Source of the DNA: a virus
Lineage: Duplodnaviria; Caudoviricetes
Virus record (IMG/VR): IMGVR_UViG_3300025138_000039
Location: 1-62,212 of that record
DNA length: 62,212 nt
Reading direction: 5' to 3' (one strand)
Shown: one piece after another, positions 10,145-18,570 of the stretch
How positions within the stretch are numbered: position 1 is the first letter of the stretch
How the letters are laid out: every line of letters starts with the position of its first letter
Made by a program: the position numbers and the translations under genes
Notes under the pieces: model-generated
Databases searched by the model: none
What the model saw: the letters and a program-made list of their open reading frames with translations, nothing else
Told to the model about the DNA's origin: nothing

Positions 10145-10170
10145 ACCTCTCTTCGGAGAGGTTTTTTTTT
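10145..10170 (+). terminator. Intrinsic terminator
   Basis: ACCTCTC-TTCG-GAGAGGT followed by a T run. Confidence 0.9.
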
Positions 10171-10189
10171 GCACTATGCACACGTAGTG

Positions 10190-10197
10190 ACTATTTA
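10190..10197 (+). promoter_or_regulatory. Putative late promoter ACTATTTA
   Basis: Recurring motif; sits after a terminator and before a leader-bearing gene. Confidence 0.6.
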
Positions 10198-10235
10198 AGT
10201 GAAGATCACCAAACCAAAGACTTAGGAGTCCACAA

Positions 10236-10580
10236 ATGAAACTTACAAAAGAAACATTAAAAAGAATCATCAAAGAAGAGATGATGCAAGTTATGCATGA
10301 AATGGATTCTGAACAAACCAACGACTTGCCCGAGCCATTGAAAGAACTACAGCATCGGCTTGAGGCCATAAACGGTGACTTCACTAACTTTAAAATTGAA
10401 AGAAATGGTGACACTTTAGATGTTGAATATGAATCAACCGACCCCAATAGCCAGTTTAGAGGAGACGAACGTGGCATCATCGCATCACCCTCTACAGAAA
10501 AAGGAGAGCCGCAAGTTAATATCGACGGCAATGAGATGACCATAGAAAAGGCTGTTGCATTCTTGAACGGCGAAATCTGA
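10236..10580 (+). CDS. Acidic protein with MKLTKETLKRIIKEE leader (putative internal head protein)
   Basis: AGGAG RBS; leader shared with four other ORFs in the window. Confidence 0.7.
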   Translation: MKLTKETLKRIIKEEMMQVMHEMDSEQTNDLPEPLKELQHRLEAINGDFTNFKIERNGDTLDVEYESTDPNSQFRGDERGIIASPSTEKGEPQVNIDGNEMTIEKAVAFLNGEI

Positions 10581-10786
10581 AAACACTAGACCTTCACGGG
10601 TCTAAGCATAAAGATGCTAAACGCAAACTCGAACTATTTATTAATAGCAATTGGCGAAGCAGGATGAAGGTTGTTACCGGAAACTCAGAAGCCATGAAGG
10701 ATCTTGTTTGTTCATTGTTGAGCTACTACGATCTAGAATATGAGCGAGGCGAGTTCCTCGGTTACATAATTGTTATAGAGCACTAG
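10577..10786 (+). CDS. Smr-domain protein (absent from ORF track; CTG start or 5'-damaged)
   Basis: Manual translation (L)KTLDLHGSKHKDAKRKLELFINSNWRSRMKVVTGNSEAMKDLVCSLLSYYDLEYERGEFLGYIIVIEH contains the Smr LDLHG and VVTG motifs. Confidence 0.75.
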   Translation: MKTLDLHGSKHKDAKRKLELFINSNWRSRMKVVTGNSEAMKDLVCSLLSYYDLEYERGEFLGYIIVIEH

Positions 10787-10794
10787 GAGTTATC

Positions 10795-11700
10795 ATGCTA
10801 TTAGCCTTATTTTTGGCCTGCGGTGGAGACATCGGAATTAGAACAACGGACAAGGTCCAAGTCTTAGATACATCTGTTGAAGATACGGACATCGTAACAG
10901 AAGCGTCCACAGAGCCTTCTGGTGAACCGGCTATCGAACCATCAACGGAACCGTCGGATGAGCCTCTAGAGGGTACTGTTGGGCTTGTAAACTACAATCT
11001 AGAGCAAATTGCTTGTCTACAATGCATGGGCGTATCCCAAGAGATCACTATTCAATTCGAAGCAAAGTTCCACGACAAAATAGGCGAGACACATCCAACA
11101 TGGTATCCACCATCAGGACAGTGCGTAAACTCAATGAATCCTGTGTCCATCTTCGTGCAAGGAAAGAACATCGGCTCATCAATCAATGTATTTGGTAATC
11201 CCAATTCATTCACAGCGTTTAACAACAATTCGAACATCTATAGTGGGTTCTTGACGGAATCACAATATGACCGAGACACTCAAATGAATGTGCAAACTCA
11301 AGATGGAACATCGTTCCAATTCAGATCTATTCACGGCTTTGACTTTATTGAGCCTCTAGAGATGCGCTATGTAGACCCATCCTATGCCTTCGCAGCAGTT
11401 GTGTCAAAGTTTGGAACACAATTCTCATGGGGACCATCCGGAGGACAGGACCTGTTCAATATCACAATCGCAACCTATTCCTCAGATGGAAGTCAACTTC
11501 TTGGTGTCGCATCATGTTCGGGACCAGATAGTGGCTACATGTCCTTTGATGGATCTTACTTTCAGACCTATCCCTATTGGTCACTTACTGCGATTCATAT
11601 GACAAGATTTTCCCAACAAAGAGTTCCTTACGAAGGACTCAATGGCTATGTCGACGTACAACTCGAATGGTCCGTCGTAGGAACCGGCCACATCGAATAA
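10795..11700 (+). CDS. Lipoprotein
   Basis: MLLALFLA/CGG lipobox; acidic EPS.EP linker; beta-rich domain. Confidence 0.75.
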   Translation: MLLALFLACGGDIGIRTTDKVQVLDTSVEDTDIVTEASTEPSGEPAIEPSTEPSDEPLEGTVGLVNYNLEQIACLQCMGVSQEITIQFEAKFHDKIGETHPTWYPPSGQCVNSMNPVSIFVQGKNIGSSINVFGNPNSFTAFNNNSNIYSGFLTESQYDRDTQMNVQTQDGTSFQFRSIHGFDFIEPLEMRYVDPSYAFAAVVSKFGTQFSWGPSGGQDLFNITIATYSSDGSQLLGVASCSGPDSGYMSFDGSYFQTYPYWSLTAIHMTRFSQQRVPYEGLNGYVDVQLEWSVVGTGHIE

Positions 11701-11742
11701 CTTCCGCTACTCTCGACACTATTTACTAGTGGAGGGTTATGT

Positions 11743-11949
11743 GTGAAAGATATTGTTGTTGGAAGTTTGGTTATCTTTATTGAGGATTTTCAAAGCGAAA
11801 CCATTCCGAATGTCGGCATTGTTTTGGAAGTAATTGCTTTTGACGAACTGATCGGAGATTTTTACGGCGTGGAAGTTGTTTGGTACGCTGTTTTGTTTGG
11901 AGAAGTCGACATGGTTGTCTCATCTGAAATGATTAACTTGCTTAGTTAA
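11743..11949 (+). CDS. Small SH3/KOW-like hypothetical protein
   Basis: VGSLV...VGIVLEV...WYAVLF pattern, similar to the ORFs at 58843-59429; ACTATTTA (11718-11725) and GGAGG upstream. Confidence 0.55.
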   Translation: MKDIVVGSLVIFIEDFQSETIPNVGIVLEVIAFDELIGDFYGVEVVWYAVLFGEVDMVVSSEMINLLS

Positions 11950-11950
11950 C

Positions 11951-11979
11951 TTGACAAATTAATCTCAACATGTTATATT
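11951..11979 (+). promoter_or_regulatory. sigma70-type promoter TTGACA-N17-TATATT
   Basis: Perfect -35, TG-extended -10. Confidence 0.8.
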
Positions 11980-12003
11980 ATCTTATACATTAGGAGGTAT
12001 AAC

Positions 12004-12324
12004 ATGAACAAGTTTATAGACGATGCCGTCAAAAAAGGCTATGAGTTTATCGTAATAGAACCACAAGAGTGCTACAATGATTCGATAGTGGCTTTTGATA
12101 GAGGCAGATTAGTTTATGATACAGAACAGTTAATGGACTGCTCACGTAAATATTACGAATGGGAGTACGCAACTGCGATTGAGTGGTTTGAGTATAACAC
12201 TCTATCTCTCACATATATGGAAGGAGGGCCGCTATTTTTTGAAGAAGATGAACAATTTTACTTGACACAAGAAGATGAACGTGTTACATTAAAAGTACGC
12301 AATAAAATCCTGGAGGACAAATGA
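12004..12324 (+). CDS. Phage hypothetical protein
   Basis: AGGAGG RBS and own promoter; LVYD...AIEWFEYN motif. Confidence 0.7.
   Translation: MNKFIDDAVKKGYEFIVIEPQECYNDSIVAFDRGRLVYDTEQLMDCSRKYYEWEYATAIEWFEYNTLSLTYMEGGPLFFEEDEQFYLTQEDERVTLKVRNKILEDK
12262..12290 (+). promoter_or_regulatory. sigma70-type promoter TTGACA-N17-TACATT embedded in the upstream CDS
   Basis: Same architecture as the other early promoters; lies just before the Mre11-Rad50 gene. Confidence 0.7.
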
Positions 12325-15300
12325 AGCGCATCGCACACATTTCAGACACACATATTAGAAACCTTAAATATCACGATGAATATCGACACGTATTTAATCA
12401 AATATATGACTCCCTAAAGCAAGAGCAACCCGACTACATTGTACACACCGGCGATCTTGCTCATACAAAGACACAGTTATCACCAGAATACTTTGAGATG
12501 GCTTCGAACTTTTTAAAGTCTCTATCGGACATTGCACCAACAATTATGATTCTTGGAAATCATGACGGAAACCTTAAGAATGGAGACCGGCAAGATGCAG
12601 TTACTCCTATAGCAGAAGCAATGCAACATCCAAACTTCACTTTACTTAAGAACTCAGGAGAGTATTCCCCTGAACCAGGCGTTACATTCAATGTCCTTTC
12701 TGTCTTCGATAGAGACAATTGGAGATCGCCTTCCAATTCAAAGTCAATTAATATTGCATTGTATCATGGCGCCGTCCGTGGATCTCAGGTGGGATCCGGA
12801 TTTTCTTTGGATCACGGTGAGGATGATTTATCAATTTTTTCTGACTTTGATTACGCGATGCTTGGAGATATCCATCGCACCCAACACTTGGATGTCGAAG
12901 GAAGAGTGTGGTATTGTGGTTCAACTGTTCAGCAGAACTTTGGAGAATCTCAATTAAAAGGTTACTTAATTTGGAACATTCACTCTAAAGAAAAGCACAC
13001 CATTCAAAAAAGATTATTTCGCTCGCCACGACCATTTGTAACAATAGAGCTAAATCAAGACGGAACTTTGCCCAAAGCAGATGTTCCCAAGAATTCTCGA
13101 TTGCGTTTGGTTTGTAATCACAACTTGCCTATGGCCAAACTAAAGAGAGCATGCGATTATGCACAAGTAAAATGGTCAACCCATTCCGTTAGCTTTATTA
13201 ATAATTCATCAGCAACAGGCGCAGTATCTTCCGCTAAGAATGGTAGGGCACTAAACATGAGAGACCCAAAGAATCAAGAAAAATTCTTAAGAGAATTTAT
13301 GTCGGATCAACAAATTGATGATTCTATCCGCGAGAAAGTTGTAGAATTATCTCGAGAGTACCTAAAGAAAGTAGACACTTCAACAGGAACGTCACGTAAT
13401 GTTGTTTGGGATATTAAGAAAATGCAATGGAACTACCTATTTAACTACGGAAAGGGCAACACGTTGGACTTCTCCAAACTCAATGGTTTGGTTGGTATCT
13501 TCGGAAAGAATTATTCAGGCAAATCTTCAATTGTCGACGCTGCTCTCTTCGGATTATTTAATACAACATCAAAGGGAGAAAGAAAGAATGTCCATATCAT
13601 CAATCAAAACCAAGAAAGAGCTCTTTGTAAGCTCGAGATCGCTGTCGGTGATGATCTATACAAAGTTACTCGAAGCCTCGAAAAAACAACCATCCGCTCT
13701 AAAGGCAAAGAAAGCCACTCAGCCAAAACAGAATTAGACTTCACAAAGTATACTTTTGGTACAATCGCCGAGTCTAAAAATGGCGACACTCGAAATAAGA
13801 CTGATGAAAACATAAGAAATACGTTTGGATCTCTAGAGGATTTCATGATGACCTCATTAGCAGCACAGAACGATTCCTTTGGATTTATCAACGAAGGCTC
13901 GACAAAGCGTAAAGAAATCTTGGCTAAGTTCTTAGATTTACAAATCTTTGATCAAATGCACAAACTAGCAAAGCAAGACTCAGCAGAAATGCGAGGAGTA
14001 ATTAAACACCTCCAGTCCGCTGATTGGGGCAGGAAACTGTCTAGGGCAAATGCTGAGTTGTCAGAGATCTTGGAAGATATTGCAACCCAAAGAGACTTGT
14101 GTACAAAGCACGTATCTAGACTCGAGACCTTGAAAGAAGAGCAGCAATTGATAAAGAATCAAGTCGATGCTGCATCACAAAAAGAAATAAACATCGAAAG
14201 CGTAGAAAAGAATCTTTTAAAAGCTCGTAAATCGCTTTCAAGCAACTCTAAAGAGATGGCTAGGCTATCTACCGAGATAGCATCAAAACGATCTCAAATT
14301 GAAGATTTAAGCCTTAGATTGCCTAGTTTGCTCGAGGAGTCAGTTCAAGCAAAGGAAGAATTGCAAACACTGTCTTTACTCAAAGAACAAATAAGCAAAA
14401 CCCACAAGGCTGCTGAAAAAGCAAAACGAGAAAGATCTAGGCTACAATCCAAGATAGACATGTTGCACGACCATGAGTACGATCCAGATTGCAGCTTCTG
14501 TAGTAACAACGAGTTTGTTAAGAAAGCAGAAGAAGCAAAGGTTACGATTGTGGACGTTATTCAGAACATAGAGGCTCTTAATTCCGAAATGCTTGACTTG
14601 AAAATGAAAGCATCGCTGATTAACGAAGTTTATTCAGAAGCAATTGTCCGAGACTATGAAGTCCAACGCGACACATTAACAAGGGAGCAATCTGAAGTTC
14701 GCAACATGTCCTTAAAGCGGGAAAACTGCGAAGGAAAGGTTTCATTGATGGAGAGGAAAATCAACGACTGTGAGTCAGACATTGCTTACTATAGCGATAA
14801 CATCGAAGCATATGAGAATCTAACATCTCTACAAGGAGATTTGAGTGCGATTACCAAAACTGTAAGCATAAAAGCAGCCGAGATTCAACGCTGTGAAGAG
14901 AGAGTTCTGGGATTTATGTCTGAGAAGGGGTCTGCTGAAAGGATGATTCATGAAGCTTCTGAGAGAATTCAACAAATCAAAGACGCTGAGCGGGACTACA
15001 TTGCTTATGATATTTTTGTGAAAGCAACCCATCCAAATGGAATTTCTTATGAAGTCATTAAGTCCATGCTACCAGTTATCAATGAAGAGATACAAAAGGT
15101 GCTTTCTTCAATTGTTGATTTTCAAGTATTCTTCGCAGAAGACGGAGGAAAGCTCGAGATATACCTCAAGCATCCAAAGTACGATCCTCGGCCATTGTCA
15201 ATGGGTTCTGGTGCAGAAAAGACAATCGCGTCTATGGCTGTTCGACTTGCTTTGATCTCTGTATCTTCTCTTCCAAAGTCCAACATATTTGTCCTCGACG

Positions 15301-15476
15301 AACCAGCGACTGCGCTAGACGCAGAACACATGGAAGGCTTCGCTAGACTGTTACAAATGATTAAGACACAGTTTAAAACAGTTCTCTTAATTACGCACCT
15401 CGAAAGTCTGAAGGATGTCGTTGACATGTCGATAGATATAGATAAGACCGATGGGTATGCACAAGTAAAATTGTAA
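12321..15476 (+). CDS. Fused Mre11/SbcD (gp47-like) nuclease - Rad50/SbcC (gp46-like) ATPase
   Basis: Phosphoesterase motifs HISDTH, GDLAH, GNHD, LGDIH; Walker A GKNYSGKSS; coiled coil with CSFC zinc hook; signature GSGAEK; Walker B VLDEP; ITH. Confidence 0.93.
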   Translation: MKRIAHISDTHIRNLKYHDEYRHVFNQIYDSLKQEQPDYIVHTGDLAHTKTQLSPEYFEMASNFLKSLSDIAPTIMILGNHDGNLKNGDRQDAVTPIAEAMQHPNFTLLKNSGEYSPEPGVTFNVLSVFDRDNWRSPSNSKSINIALYHGAVRGSQVGSGFSLDHGEDDLSIFSDFDYAMLGDIHRTQHLDVEGRVWYCGSTVQQNFGESQLKGYLIWNIHSKEKHTIQKRLFRSPRPFVTIELNQDGTLPKADVPKNSRLRLVCNHNLPMAKLKRACDYAQVKWSTHSVSFINNSSATGAVSSAKNGRALNMRDPKNQEKFLREFMSDQQIDDSIREKVVELSREYLKKVDTSTGTSRNVVWDIKKMQWNYLFNYGKGNTLDFSKLNGLVGIFGKNYSGKSSIVDAALFGLFNTTSKGERKNVHIINQNQERALCKLEIAVGDDLYKVTRSLEKTTIRSKGKESHSAKTELDFTKYTFGTIAESKNGDTRNKTDENIRNTFGSLEDFMMTSLAAQNDSFGFINEGSTKRKEILAKFLDLQIFDQMHKLAKQDSAEMRGVIKHLQSADWGRKLSRANAELSEILEDIATQRDLCTKHVSRLETLKEEQQLIKNQVDAASQKEINIESVEKNLLKARKSLSSNSKEMARLSTEIASKRSQIEDLSLRLPSLLEESVQAKEELQTLSLLKEQISKTHKAAEKAKRERSRLQSKIDMLHDHEYDPDCSFCSNNEFVKKAEEAKVTIVDVIQNIEALNSEMLDLKMKASLINEVYSEAIVRDYEVQRDTLTREQSEVRNMSLKRENCEGKVSLMERKINDCESDIAYYSDNIEAYENLTSLQGDLSAITKTVSIKAAEIQRCEERVLGFMSEKGSAERMIHEASERIQQIKDAERDYIAYDIFVKATHPNGISYEVIKSMLPVINEEIQKVLSSIVDFQVFFAEDGGKLEIYLKHPKYDPRPLSMGSGAEKTIASMAVRLALISVSSLPKSNIFVLDEPATALDAEHMEGFARLLQMIKTQFKTVLLITHLESLKDVVDMSIDIDKTDGYAQVKL

Positions 15477-15484
15477 TCAAAGCG

Positions 15485-15492
15485 ACTATTTA
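15485..15492 (+). promoter_or_regulatory. Putative late promoter ACTATTTA
   Basis: Motif at the head of the lysis/head gene run. Confidence 0.6.
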
Positions 15493-15517
15493 GAGCATTC
15501 TTTTGGAGGATTTTATT

Positions 15518-15712
15518 ATGGAAAACGAAGACAAAGGGATGCTCGATGCTGTTCAGGAGAAGGTTATCTCTCGAAAGCTTTTAGTATTCGCAGTAGCAAC
15601 AGCTCTAATGTACTTTTCAGACTTAAGCTCTGAAACATGGGGGATGATCGCAGTTACTTATATTGGCGGTCAAACAGCGATTGACTTCGCAACAGCATGG
15701 AGAAACGGATGA
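15518..15712 (+). CDS. Putative holin
   Basis: 64 aa; SRK followed by two hydrophobic segments ending YIGGQ; GGAGG RBS. Confidence 0.65.
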   Translation: MENEDKGMLDAVQEKVISRKLLVFAVATALMYFSDLSSETWGMIAVTYIGGQTAIDFATAWRNG

Positions 15713-16080
15713 TGTGGGATTGGATTAAAGATAAGTGGGAACTTGTTGCATCTGGACTCGTCGTCCTTTTTGTATTTGTTCTTGGAAGGAAGACTAAAGA
15801 AAAACAGGTCCAAGTAGCTGAAGCCTCCGCAACAGCAAAAGAGAAAGAGATAGAAACTATCGTCAAGACAGCTTCTGATGAGATACTAAAGAAATCTCTC
15901 GCAAGAAAAAAATATTCTGAATCACGACTTGCTCTAATGAAGAAGAGAAACACCGCCCAGACAGACTTAGAAAAGCACGATATTGAAAGAAAGCTTGAGC
16001 TGATTGAATTAGCAAAAGAAGACCCTGATGCTATTGATCGTATCTTGATGGAAGAATATAACATCGCAAAACTAAAATGA
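15709..16080 (+). CDS. Membrane-anchored coiled-coil protein (i-spanin-like)
   Basis: N-terminal TM segment then charged coiled coil; follows the holin. Confidence 0.45.
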   Translation: MMWDWIKDKWELVASGLVVLFVFVLGRKTKEKQVQVAEASATAKEKEIETIVKTASDEILKKSLARKKYSESRLALMKKRNTAQTDLEKHDIERKLELIELAKEDPDAIDRILMEEYNIAKLK

Positions 16081-16484
16081 TTTTACTAGTAATTTCATTA
16101 GTCTCTGCCGAGCCGCTCATGACCTCTCTCGATAAAGGTCAGGCGGCTCCTTTTGGTGGCAGACTATTCAACGATGAAGCAGTGGCTTCAATAATAGCAG
16201 GGAAAGAGTTCGCTGAGGAGCAATGCGAGATCCAAATGTCGTTAGATTATTCTCTACAATTAGCAGAGAAACAACTAGAAATTGACTATTTAGGCATTGA
16301 AAAGGAAACTTTGCAAAAGAAGCACGATGCACTAATGGAGATCCGAGACCAGGAAATCCAAACCTTGCGCAAGCACGTCAATCCTAAAAGATCCATGTGG
16401 ATCTTTTTTGGAGGCTTTACGTTGGGAACAGCGTCTTCTCTTGCGACATATTACGCAGTGGTGAATATAAATGATACGAATTAA
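16077..16484 (+). CDS. Exported coiled-coil protein with C-terminal hydrophobic segment (spanin-like)
   Basis: Signal peptide MILLVISLVSA/EP, coiled coil, C-terminal WIFFGGFTLGTASSLATYYAVV. Confidence 0.4.
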   Translation: MILLVISLVSAEPLMTSLDKGQAAPFGGRLFNDEAVASIIAGKEFAEEQCEIQMSLDYSLQLAEKQLEIDYLGIEKETLQKKHDALMEIRDQEIQTLRKHVNPKRSMWIFFGGFTLGTASSLATYYAVVNINDTN

Positions 16485-16899
16485 AATAAAACAATCTATT
16501 CAAAAAATAATAGGAATGGTCTGTCCAAAGCCGACTCAAGATCTAGAGTTGAATACTCGAAACAGAGACTCAGCAATCAAAGCTAAGCATATCAAATACG
16601 GACCTTTGAACGTCGATGAGCCTGGAGAATACTGGGAAGACATCGCAGAACATTGGGATACAGACGTGGATGCAGCAAAGAAGTCGCTTTGTGGGAATTG
16701 CGTTGCTTTCGATATAAGCCCCAGAATGGATGAGTGCATGCCCGGCACAACATCTGATGATGATGGACGACTTGGCTACTGTTGGATGCATAATTTCAAG
16801 TGTCACTCCGCTCGTAGCTGCTATACGTGGGCAAAAGGTGGACCTATCGAAAAAGATAAGGTTTCTTATGATTGGCAAAAACGAGGTGAAAGTGAGTAA
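16471..16899 (+). CDS. Cys-rich metal-binding protein (HiPIP-like Cys spacing)
   Basis: CGNCVAF...GYC...RSCYTW. Confidence 0.5.
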   Translation: MIRIKIKQSIQKIIGMVCPKPTQDLELNTRNRDSAIKAKHIKYGPLNVDEPGEYWEDIAEHWDTDVDAAKKSLCGNCVAFDISPRMDECMPGTTSDDDGRLGYCWMHNFKCHSARSCYTWAKGGPIEKDKVSYDWQKRGESE

Positions 16900-17263
16900 A
16901 AAAGATCCAAATTATGCTGTAAAGGTTGAGAAAGCCATAGCAGAAAGATATGGTAAAGAAGCCATAGTGAACCCCAAGTCAGAATGGGATGATGAGAAAG
17001 AAAAAGAGTATTTAGCTGAACTGAAGTCAAACTATCGCAATGATAAATCGGAAAGCGAAAGAGTGGAGCTTGGTGGAGTTTTAATATCAAAAGAACTACT
17101 TAATAAAGAATCCGAGCGTTCATGTCCAACTTGTAACACTTATTCATTCAAATCCGTTGATGATTTATATATGACGAAATTTGGTTGTTGCAACAAGTGT
17201 TATATCCAGTGGATAGAAGGCCGAGAAGAAAGATGGAAAAAAGGTTGGAGACCAAAATTATGA
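16892..17263 (+). CDS. Zinc-ribbon hypothetical protein
   Basis: GTG start after GAGG; CPTC...CNKC. Confidence 0.65.
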   Translation: MSKKDPNYAVKVEKAIAERYGKEAIVNPKSEWDDEKEKEYLAELKSNYRNDKSESERVELGGVLISKELLNKESERSCPTCNTYSFKSVDDLYMTKFGCCNKCYIQWIEGREERWKKGWRPKL

Positions 17264-17678
17264 AACTTACAAAAGAAACATTAAAACGAATTATCAAAGA
17301 AGAAATGCAAGCATTTCTAGATGAAGGATACGGCATGAGTGGACCCTCTAAGAGCGCCCAAATGGAAGAAAAGATTAAAAATTGGGCCTCGGGCATGATG
17401 AAAGGATCAGTAGATGTCCTGTATGGTGTCGTAAGCAACTACATGAGAGATGCTCAAGTAGACCCAAAGACTGATGCTGCTGGAAAGTTCACACCAGACA
17501 TTATGAAGAGAGTCCCAGAATCAATTTCTAGCCAAAATGATGCGACCGCAATTGAATCAGTTGTTTCAGGAATGGTGCAAGGCTTGCTAGACTTGAGATA
17601 AAGAAAACAAAAATCAGGTTGGAGACCAAACAAATGAAACTTACAAAAGAAACACTAAAAAGAATTATCAAAGAAGAA
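17242..17678 (+). repeat. 63-bp direct repeat (17242-17304 and 17616-17678)
   Basis: AGGTTGGAGACCAAA-nnn-ATGAAACTTACAAAAGAAAC...ATCAAAGAAGAA; 58/63 identical by manual count. Confidence 0.9.
17260..17601 (+). CDS. MKLTKETLKRIIKEE-leader protein (putative internal head protein)
   Basis: ATGA overlap with the upstream stop; shared leader. Confidence 0.7.
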   Translation: MKLTKETLKRIIKEEMQAFLDEGYGMSGPSKSAQMEEKIKNWASGMMKGSVDVLYGVVSNYMRDAQVDPKTDAAGKFTPDIMKRVPESISSQNDATAIESVVSGMVQGLLDLR

Positions 17679-17984
17679 TTGGGCAAAGTAATGCGCGAGG
17701 AATACGGAGAACTTAATCTCGGAAAGTTCAATGACGCTTATCAAAACGCGTATGACCATTTGCTTAACAATGATGATAGGTTTGAGCAGAATGCACTAAA
17801 CGACTTGGAAAACAAAGCAGCAGAAGCTATTGGTTCCAGTGGCGATCAAGATTCCGTCAGATTTGATTACGAGACCTACACAGGTCAACCGGACGATCAG
17901 ATTGAGCCATCAAAGACTTCCATCACCATCGATCTCATGGCAAAGGGCGCCTTCGCCATCGATGGTGAGCAACCACAAGCTTAA
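17634..17984 (+). CDS. Acidic MKLTKETLKRIIKEE-leader protein (putative internal head protein)
   Basis: GGAG RBS; shared leader. Confidence 0.7.
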   Translation: MKLTKETLKRIIKEELGKVMREEYGELNLGKFNDAYQNAYDHLLNNDDRFEQNALNDLENKAAEAIGSSGDQDSVRFDYETYTGQPDDQIEPSKTSITIDLMAKGAFAIDGEQPQA

Positions 17985-18009
17985 TTTGTTTAAAATAAGG
18001 AGATAGCCA

Positions 18010-18570
18010 ATGAGCAAAGAAACATTAGAAATTATTAGAGGACTTAGCCAAGCAGCAGCCAACGGTTCATACGATGGCGCCCAGCACATGGAAAACTACT
18101 CACACGACGGACAAGTTCGCAAGATTGGTCTCATGCGAGAAGAAGGAATTCCTCTTCTTGACAAACGAGTCATTGACGGCTTCAAGGTCAAGTTTTATGG
18201 AGACTCAATGATCATTAACTATCAATCCGATGTTATGATGAGAGATTTGAAAGACGATGGGTTTGAAAACGAAATTACCAGAACATTGAACGAAGTCAAG
18301 AAGTTCTTACAAAAAGAATATAAGACAATCACTGGTAAATCAGTATCTTTGACGAGCAAGGGTGATCCAAAAATTATCGTCCAAACAACTTCACGAGTAC
18401 GTACTTTTGTGCAGGCTTACCAACACTATAAGATTGGCGGACTTAAGATGGATCAAATTAATGCACCATCGGAAACCACCACTCGAGATATTACAAAGAA
18501 ATTCTTGGAGACCGCGAAAGCAAAACGTCCCCAAAATGAAAAGATCAGCCCAAAGGATAATCAGAAATGA
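18010..18570 (+). CDS. Hypothetical protein (head module)
   Basis: AAGGAG RBS; 186 aa; no recognisable motif. Confidence 0.65.
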   Translation: MSKETLEIIRGLSQAAANGSYDGAQHMENYSHDGQVRKIGLMREEGIPLLDKRVIDGFKVKFYGDSMIINYQSDVMMRDLKDDGFENEITRTLNEVKKFLQKEYKTITGKSVSLTSKGDPKIIVQTTSRVRTFVQAYQHYKIGGLKMDQINAPSETTTRDITKKFLETAKAKRPQNEKISPKDNQK

